From: a virus
Direction: 5' to 3' (one strand)
Length of the DNA stretch: 64,000 nucleotides
Virus record (IMG/VR): IMGVR_UViG_3300021378_000014
Span: 17,417 to 81,416 of that record
Below, piece by piece: positions 57,515 through 64,000 of this stretch; within the stretch, counting starts at the first letter, position 1; each line of letters begins with the position of its first letter. The notes under the pieces were generated by a model. It worked only from the letters and a program-made list of their open reading frames with translations. It was not told where the DNA came from and ran no database searches. The position numbers were made by a program, and so were the translations under genes.

Positions 57515-59343
57515 AAAGATTAAAGAAATATGGTGTTGGAGGGTTACTATCTGGTATAGGTGGACTTGCTGATGCTTATAGTAATCAATCTGACGGTTCT
57601 ACTGATCCTGCTAGTTCTTTTATTAGTGGAGCTACTAACGGAGCTAGTGTTGGTTCTTTACTTGGACCAGTTGGTGGCGTTGTTGGCGGTATAGTAGGAG
57701 GAGTTAAAGGCATGATGGGAGCTGAAAGTGCTAATCGTGAATTACTTAAACGTAAAAAGAAAATGCGCTTGTTTGAGGAAGAAATGCAATCAAATAACGA
57801 TAAAGCTTATCTTCAAACTTATCCTACTAATGGAGTAGCAAGTAGCGGATTTTACGCTAAAGGTGGTAATCTTGTTGATCCGCCCGGTACTGATTCTAAT
57901 ATGGCTAGATTAATAAAACCAGTAGCTAGAGAAACTACAGCTGTTAATTTACCAATTGAAGATTTACAAAGTACGTTAAAGCAACAACCTCTTTGGAAAT
58001 ACGAAGATCATCCTTATTTACCTAAAGAAGCTATAGATATTTATAATAAAAGTAGAACTACTCAAAATAAAAGAATTGTAGATTCTGGTTATGAAAATAG
58101 ATTTATTGCTCGTAATAGTGAAGGATTTTTATCTTATGCTGCAGGAGGCGAGCTCACTCCTATTACTGGGAAAGTAGACCAAGTCGTAGGAGATACGCAT
58201 AGTCAAGACACTAATATGGACGGTCAAACTGGTGTTATGTTACCTACACCTCAAGGAGGTCAAGCTGAAGTTGAAGGCGGTGAAGTAATGAAAGATGGCC
58301 GTTATGTTTTTAGTAATCGTCTTGGTATGGGTGGACGTTCTTATGCTAATTTAGCTAAAGAAATTGCTATTACACCAGAATATCAAAAACAAGAACAAAT
58401 GAAAAGTAAAGCGGAAAAACGTATGGGTAAAAATTTAGGTGGAGTTTATGATACTAGTAGTAAACGATTGTTAGCTCGTAAAGATGCTTTAGATATTCTT
58501 TTTGATAAACAAGAAGATAGTAAAGCTGCAGAATCTAATCAACAATACGCTGCATTAGGTGCTGATCTTGGCACACTATCTGATAAATTTAAAGGTAGAT
58601 TATTAGATATTGCACCTTATGCTGATAATATTGCTAATTCTATTATTAATAAACAAACTCCTGAAATTCCATTACCTCGATTAACTAATGCGCCTAGACT
58701 GCAAACAGAATTTAGAGTAGACGATCAACTATCAGCTATTGATAGAGCAGGTTCAGCTAGAGATCGTAACATTCGACAAACTAGTGGAAATGCCGCTACA
58801 ACTCGTGCTAATTTATTAGCTGGAAGTAGTCAAGATATTCAAACTACTAATCAAGTTCTTGGTGAAAAACAACGTCAAGAGTTAAGTTTACAGAATGCTC
58901 AAATTGGAGCTACTTACCAAAATACAGTAAATAATAACGCATTAATGAGTAATTATGATACAAATCAAATGTATCGTACTGATGATATGCAGCAACGAGT
59001 TAGTCAGAATGTGGCTGACGCTTCTACTAATGCTATGCAACAAGGTAGAGATCGTATGTTAGATGTTAGAGATAATCAAGCTCTAGCACTTACAGCTATG
59101 AAATATCTTGAATCCGGTGTATTAGATCGTTCAGGCTATTCTAAGGTACTGAAAGCTTTGAGTGAAGGGAAAGGTTTAGACGAAGCCTTAGCTTTGTTAG
59201 AACAAGCCAAAACAGCCGTATCGCAATCCGGGGCATTAAATACTGGTTCATTGTCGCTCAAAAAGTCACCTAAAGGTCGGCTTTGGAGTACTAATAATAT
59301 TTATGATAATATTTATGGAGGTATTCAGCCCAATGATGTTTAA
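57511..59343 (+). CDS. cargo/ejection protein with glycine zipper
   Basis: GASVGSLLGPVGGVVGGIVGG, AEVEGGEV, YVFSNRL, Q/N-rich helical C-half. Confidence 0.75.
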   Translation: MKRLKKYGVGGLLSGIGGLADAYSNQSDGSTDPASSFISGATNGASVGSLLGPVGGVVGGIVGGVKGMMGAESANRELLKRKKKMRLFEEEMQSNNDKAYLQTYPTNGVASSGFYAKGGNLVDPPGTDSNMARLIKPVARETTAVNLPIEDLQSTLKQQPLWKYEDHPYLPKEAIDIYNKSRTTQNKRIVDSGYENRFIARNSEGFLSYAAGGELTPITGKVDQVVGDTHSQDTNMDGQTGVMLPTPQGGQAEVEGGEVMKDGRYVFSNRLGMGGRSYANLAKEIAITPEYQKQEQMKSKAEKRMGKNLGGVYDTSSKRLLARKDALDILFDKQEDSKAAESNQQYAALGADLGTLSDKFKGRLLDIAPYADNIANSIINKQTPEIPLPRLTNAPRLQTEFRVDDQLSAIDRAGSARDRNIRQTSGNAATTRANLLAGSSQDIQTTNQVLGEKQRQELSLQNAQIGATYQNTVNNNALMSNYDTNQMYRTDDMQQRVSQNVADASTNAMQQGRDRMLDVRDNQALALTAMKYLESGVLDRSGYSKVLKALSEGKGLDEALALLEQAKTAVSQSGALNTGSLSLKKSPKGRLWSTNNIYDNIYGGIQPNDV

Positions 59344-59364
59344 CAATTTGATATAACAACAATT

Positions 59365-59396
59365 AACCGCTATCTTGCAAAGGATAGCGGTTTTTT
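59365..59396 (+). terminator. intrinsic terminator
   Basis: AACCGCTATCTT-GCAA-AGGATAGCGGTT-TTTT. Confidence 0.85.
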
Positions 59397-59414
59397 AATT
59401 TAAACTATACACTA

Positions 59415-61952
59415 ATGCCTAAACTATTTAATAGTCTTTCTAATAATCAATATGTTAGTCAGCACGTAGGACTTCCTATTAAAGAGTTAGATACTCTAGG
59501 AACTACGCTAGAAACAAGATACAACGATAATATAGCTACAGCAGATAAGCTAGAAGTTGGACTTGCAAATTTAAAAGTACGTGATGTAAATCGTCCTATT
59601 GTTCAGGGGCAATTAGATAATGTACGTAAAGGTTTAGCTTCAACTGTAGAAGCAGGTAACTGGGAAAATGCTAGTATGTTAGTTAGACAACAAGCTAAAG
59701 CTGTAGCTACTAGTCCTGAACTTGCTGGAGCGTTAGAAGATAAAGCTCAATATGATGCTTGGACTGCTGAACTTAATGCTGGTTTAAAAGATGGTACTTA
59801 TAACAAAGAGCAGTACGATTTTTATTTAACTAAAGCTGCAGAACAAAATGGTAAACCTATTGAAGTTGATCCTGATACTGGTTCGGTATCTAATGTTTTT
59901 AATTTTGGCAAGCCTACTAAGGATATGTCAGAAGAAATCAAAAAGTACATGACTGAACTAAGTAGGTTATGGAAATCTAATACTGTTGACAGTCCAGTAT
60001 CTGTTACATATACCGATAAAGCAGGAAAACAAGTTCAAGGTTCTATTATGTATAAAGATGGTAAAACAGGAGCACCTCCTGGTTACTATGACGTAGAACA
60101 AAAAAAATACATAACTGAAGATGAAGTTCGTAGTGCTATGACAGCTGCAGTTATGGGTGATCCTAAATATCGTTCTTTTGTTGAAGAATCAAGTAGAATT
60201 AAAGCTTGGCAAGCAGAAAAAACTAACGGAGGAGTATTTACTATAAATGATCTTGCCGGACCAACTAATCCTAATGCTGTATTTACTTTAGAAGAATTTA
60301 GTGCTCTTGAGGCCTCTTTACTTGCAGAAGGTAAAGATCCAGACGCTATATTAGCTGATCCTGATATGGTGAAAGCTTACTTTATGTTAGGTAGTCGTAA
60401 TGAAATTATTAACGGCATGATTGAAGCTCCAGTTCAAGCTACAGCATTTCAAGAAACTGAACATAAATTTATGGTTGATATACAGTTTCAAGAAGCTTTA
60501 AGATTACGTAATGATTTAGCTAAAGTAAGAGAACAAGGACGTCAAGCTAGACAAACACAGCGAGCAAAGCAAGATTATGAAAAAGAAGCTGCTGCTCAAT
60601 TTGTAGTTAAAAATAGAGGTCCAGTTATTGATAAACAAGCTACTGATAATGCTAGTATTGCTGCTGGAGTTGCTGAACGTCAAACAGAATTAAAGCAAGT
60701 TCAAGCAGAAATAGCAAGACACCAAGCTGCTGGTACTAATCCTAATGATATTGCACAATTAATGCAAAAAGAAGCTCAACTCAAAACTCAAATTAGTATC
60801 TCTGGAGGACAAGTAGCTAGTAAAGCAATAGCATATTATAATACACCAGAAGGTAATGATTTAGCTAAAGAACTTTATACCAGATATAAAGAATTTAATC
60901 CTAAAGTTAGAGGAAAAGAATTAAGTTTTGAAGAATTTAAAAATCAGATTGTAACACCAGATCAGAAAGCTTCTGGATGGTGGGGACGTTTACTTAATAA
61001 AACAGTGGCTTTTACAGAAGGATTAGCACCAGAAAATAATGCTAATAGTTTTAATGATTTTATGCAAACTAGTCATAATAAATTAATGCGTCGTATTGAC
61101 AAAGTAGAAGCTGCTAATGAACTTCCAGGACTTTCTGGTTTTACTTATGATAGTGAAGATTTAGGAAATAAATCTGCTATTTTTAGAGTAGCTAATGAAA
61201 CTAAAACTAGAGCGTATGAACAAAACCGTACAGGTTATTATATACCTAATGGTAATGGGGGTGAATTATCAGCTGTAGAGTGGGAAACAGCTTTACGTAA
61301 AAAGTATGCAGCTCAAGATTTAGAAGTTAAAATTGTAACATCAGATGCTGATCATAGTAGTAATGGAGTTGCTTTATTTCCTGATAAAATTGCAGTAGTT
61401 GATAAAAAAACAGGAGCTACAATAAGAGAAGAATGGATTTATCCTATTGACGGAGGTGCTGATGAAATGCTACAAATTGGTATACGTGGACGTAAAGAAT
61501 TTCCACGTGGTACTCAAGCGCATGAAGATGCTACTCGTATGGCTGCAATGGGTACATATACTAATTTAATTCAAGCAGATTTGAATAAAGCTAGTGCTGA
61601 TGTTAAACCTGGAAGCGGTCGTACTTGGAAAGGTGAGCCTATTGATATATCAGATGGTGGAGGTACATTACGAGTAATTCCAGTGAAAGTAGATCAACCA
61701 AATTATGATCCACAAACTGGAGCTAAAATTGGTAATAATACTAGATGGCAATTTCAAGCTGTTGATGCTGACGGTAATACTACAGATGCTCACGGTAAAC
61801 CTTATGGATTTATTCCAAATAGGGCGTATTTTGATGCTAATGGTAATATTAATGTAGATGGAATTGATAGTCCGACGGATATTCGTTTATATCAATTTGA
61901 AAATGTTAATGACGCAAAAGTAAGTATTTACAAATTAAATAACGGAGAGTAA
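59415..61952 (+). CDS. cargo/ejection protein
   Basis: 845 aa helical protein with a YVSQHVGLP N-terminus, between the first cargo gene and the giant ORF. Confidence 0.7.
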   Translation: MPKLFNSLSNNQYVSQHVGLPIKELDTLGTTLETRYNDNIATADKLEVGLANLKVRDVNRPIVQGQLDNVRKGLASTVEAGNWENASMLVRQQAKAVATSPELAGALEDKAQYDAWTAELNAGLKDGTYNKEQYDFYLTKAAEQNGKPIEVDPDTGSVSNVFNFGKPTKDMSEEIKKYMTELSRLWKSNTVDSPVSVTYTDKAGKQVQGSIMYKDGKTGAPPGYYDVEQKKYITEDEVRSAMTAAVMGDPKYRSFVEESSRIKAWQAEKTNGGVFTINDLAGPTNPNAVFTLEEFSALEASLLAEGKDPDAILADPDMVKAYFMLGSRNEIINGMIEAPVQATAFQETEHKFMVDIQFQEALRLRNDLAKVREQGRQARQTQRAKQDYEKEAAAQFVVKNRGPVIDKQATDNASIAAGVAERQTELKQVQAEIARHQAAGTNPNDIAQLMQKEAQLKTQISISGGQVASKAIAYYNTPEGNDLAKELYTRYKEFNPKVRGKELSFEEFKNQIVTPDQKASGWWGRLLNKTVAFTEGLAPENNANSFNDFMQTSHNKLMRRIDKVEAANELPGLSGFTYDSEDLGNKSAIFRVANETKTRAYEQNRTGYYIPNGNGGELSAVEWETALRKKYAAQDLEVKIVTSDADHSSNGVALFPDKIAVVDKKTGATIREEWIYPIDGGADEMLQIGIRGRKEFPRGTQAHEDATRMAAMGTYTNLIQADLNKASADVKPGSGRTWKGEPIDISDGGGTLRVIPVKVDQPNYDPQTGAKIGNNTRWQFQAVDADGNTTDAHGKPYGFIPNRAYFDANGNINVDGIDSPTDIRLYQFENVNDAKVSIYKLNNGE

Positions 61953-64000
61953 TGGAAGATAACAAACCAACAAATAGCGTAGAACCAGGAAATGCAGTAG
62001 ATAACAGTGTAAAACCTGGAGATATAGCTACTACAAATACTGACCCGTCGCAAGGTACTACTACTCAAGGAGTATCTCGTGTAAGTCAATTACAGCAGTT
62101 AAATCCGTTTAATAATAGAAATGCATTTATTAAATCTAATGTTGCTACAGATACTGGTGCATTTGCAGATACTACTTCATATTCTCCAGTTAGCGCTAAA
62201 GAGTATGCTAAATATTTTAGCGAAGGTGTTAGTGAACTACCTAATATTCAACAAGCAAAAGCTCGTAATCAAGCTGCTTATAGTCAATTATTTAATTGGG
62301 CAGTACAAGCTACAGGTGAAGTAGTTGGTGGTACTATTAGTGGAGTTGGTAGTATTTACGAAGGATTAGATTATGCAATGTCATCTTATGATAGACAAAA
62401 TGCAGATTTTACCAATATTATCATGAATGTTGGTGAAGGTATTAGTCAATGGAGTAGAGAAATTGCTCCTATTCATCGTATGAATCCTAATCGAGCTTTT
62501 GATCCAGGAGATTTTGGTTGGTGGGCTGAAAATGGAGTTAGTATTGCTAGTAGTCTTTCAATGATTATTCCTGCGCGTATGGTCGTAGGGGGTGCTCGCT
62601 GGCTTGGACGGATAGCTAAATTAACTGATAAAGTTGGAGATACTGCTAAGTTCATTGGTGATGCTGCACTTAGTGCTGTTGTTATGCGTAACGCAGAAAA
62701 TATGCGTGAAAGTATGCAAGTTGCAGCTACTGCTAAAAAAGATGTATATGAACGTTTACAAGGAATGGACGATGAAACTTACGCTGATTATCTTAAAACT
62801 GATATTGGGCAAGAGTGGTTATCTAGTAATAAAGGTCAAGGTACTAAAGAAGATTTAGCTAGATATGTAGCTGCTCAATCTGGTTGGCATAGTTATAATG
62901 TTAATTCTGTAAATATTGTATTTGATTTTTTGCAAACTGCGACGGCCCTTAAAGCTTTAAGTGGAGCCAGTAGAACTGGAGCTGCTGGAAGTAGAGCTGT
63001 AGCAAAAGCTCAAGTTGCTGCTATAGGTAAACCTTTAAGTAGAGTTGGTAGATTTGCTGCAATGGCTTCTCCGACAGTTGGAGCTTTTGGTGCACAACTT
63101 ACAGAAGGTATCGAAGAAATTATCAATTCAATTGGTAGTGCTGAAGGTGCAGCTTTTACTAAGCAAGCTTTAGGTGAAGATATTGGTACGTTTGATCAAC
63201 GACTTGAAAAGAATTTACAAGATCCTCATACTTGGAATGCTGGTTTATGGGGAGTACTTGGAGGTGTAGCTTTTCATGGTGTACAACGTCTTATTGAAAG
63301 TAAAGGTATTAAAGCAGTTACTCAGCAAAAAGTTGCTGAAATTGGTAATCGTGCTAGTTTGATGAAAAATACTCTTACTACATTACCTATTTTAGAAAAA
63401 CAATACGCTGATGGTAAAATTAGTAAAACTGATTACGATAGTAATAAACGTGTAATGTTTAATACTCTTGGTTATCAGATGGGACTTAGTGCTGCTATGT
63501 CAGGTAATATGAATTTACTTGAAGATCAACTACATTCTCCTGAATATCAAAAGCAACTTGAAGATTCTTTAACCGAAGAACAGAAACAAAGTTTAGGTCT
63601 TACTGATACTGTAGGTATTGATTCTGTAATGCAAAAGCTAATAGAAAAAGCTAGAGCCGCTGAACGTATTTATAATAAATATAACAACCGAGTAATTAAA
63701 CCTGGTGTTAGTGAAGAAGTTGTAGCAAGGCAACGCGCTTTGCAGATGGATGCTGAATTTAATTTAGATACACAACGTGATGAATTAACTAAAGCTGAAT
63801 TAGAAGTTGAACGTTTAATGCCAAATATGAGCATTACTACTTCTTTCTTTAGAGAAAGTATTCAATTAAAAGCTAATCGTGAAGCTAAAGCTATTTTAGA
63901 AACAGCACTTACAAATAAAAATACTACAGATAAAGCTAAAGCTTCTATTGTTAAGCAAATTCAATTGCTTAAAGAAAACAATGAAACATTAGCGGCTAGT
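61952..64000 (+). CDS. giant cargo protein, N-terminal part (virion RNA polymerase block expected downstream); runs off the right edge
   Basis: ATG overlaps the previous stop (TAATG); reads MEDNKPTNS...DFGWWAENG...EGIEEII and no stop was seen to 64000. RNAP motifs are not visible in this window. Confidence 0.75.
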   Translation, partial: MEDNKPTNSVEPGNAVDNSVKPGDIATTNTDPSQGTTTQGVSRVSQLQQLNPFNNRNAFIKSNVATDTGAFADTTSYSPVSAKEYAKYFSEGVSELPNIQQAKARNQAAYSQLFNWAVQATGEVVGGTISGVGSIYEGLDYAMSSYDRQNADFTNIIMNVGEGISQWSREIAPIHRMNPNRAFDPGDFGWWAENGVSIASSLSMIIPARMVVGGARWLGRIAKLTDKVGDTAKFIGDAALSAVVMRNAENMRESMQVAATAKKDVYERLQGMDDETYADYLKTDIGQEWLSSNKGQGTKEDLARYVAAQSGWHSYNVNSVNIVFDFLQTATALKALSGASRTGAAGSRAVAKAQVAAIGKPLSRVGRFAAMASPTVGAFGAQLTEGIEEIINSIGSAEGAAFTKQALGEDIGTFDQRLEKNLQDPHTWNAGLWGVLGGVAFHGVQRLIESKGIKAVTQQKVAEIGNRASLMKNTLTTLPILEKQYADGKISKTDYDSNKRVMFNTLGYQMGLSAAMSGNMNLLEDQLHSPEYQKQLEDSLTEEQKQSLGLTDTVGIDSVMQKLIEKARAAERIYNKYNNRVIKPGVSEEVVARQRALQMDAEFNLDTQRDELTKAELEVERLMPNMSITTSFFRESIQLKANREAKAILETALTNKNTTDKAKASIVKQIQLLKENNETLAAS

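Larger units (their letters stand above)
7171..58174. repeat. dispersed 17-18 bp motif family, core TTACTGGGARAG
   Basis: Copies read at about 7171(+), 7399(-), 12777(-), 17001(+), 19410(-), 23133(+), 23170(-), 30511(-, variant), 30568(+), 33657(+), 37189(+), 40819(-), 51497(-), 52080(+), 56754(-), 58157(+); weaker copies at 8733(-), 45048(+), 53779(-). Confidence 0.92.

Noticed and set aside
7171-58174. TTACTGGGARAG motif as CRISPR repeats, IS ends or promoters
   Set aside because: Copies are kilobases apart, mostly in-frame inside genes, in both orientations, with no spacers, transposase or consistent position before starts.
29340-62858. Minus-strand and nested track ORFs in the right arm (e.g. 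31944, 32941, 38939, 44493, 49354, 62121, 62634)
   Set aside because: They are shadows of the long structural genes; 62121 and 62634 are out of frame within the giant ORF starting at 61952.
1-64000. Stop-codon reassignment (TAG or TGA), known in some crAss-like phages
   Set aside because: Long genes are intact under code 11, and both TAG and TGA end genes at sensible boundaries; no suppressor tRNA was seen.

Overview
AT-rich fragment of a crAss-like (Crassvirales-type) podophage genome, probably infecting a Bacteroidota host, read in the standard genetic code. Two gene blocks diverge from a non-coding region at about 28.3-29.1 kb. The left arm (minus strand) carries replication and recombination genes (dNMP kinase, Gp157-like protein, ATP-dependent ligase, RusA-like resolvase, primase, SSB, RecT-like annealase, DnaB-like helicase, SF2 helicase, PolA, Dda-like helicase, RepL-like protein), two peptidoglycan hydrolases, a spanin-like protein, tRNA-Leu(TAA) and many small ORFs. 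The right arm (plus strand) carries the crAss-type virion block: HU/IHF-like protein, PD-(D/E)XK nuclease, TerL, portal, MCP, ring/hub/fibre proteins, holin candidates, muzzle, and cargo proteins running off the right edge. Four signals are not explained by the gene calls. (1) A non-palindromic motif with core TTACTGGGARAG has 15 exact copies read by eye, mostly 3-5 kb apart, in both orientations and mostly inside genes in different frames. (2) Several 120-180 bp segments show roughly 10-bp phased GC/AT alternation. (3) A tRNA-like gene has about 100 nt inserted in its variable region. (4) A foreign-looking fibre cassette is followed by an orphaned C-terminal remnant of a fibre gene. All calls come from motif recognition and synteny; no searches were run.
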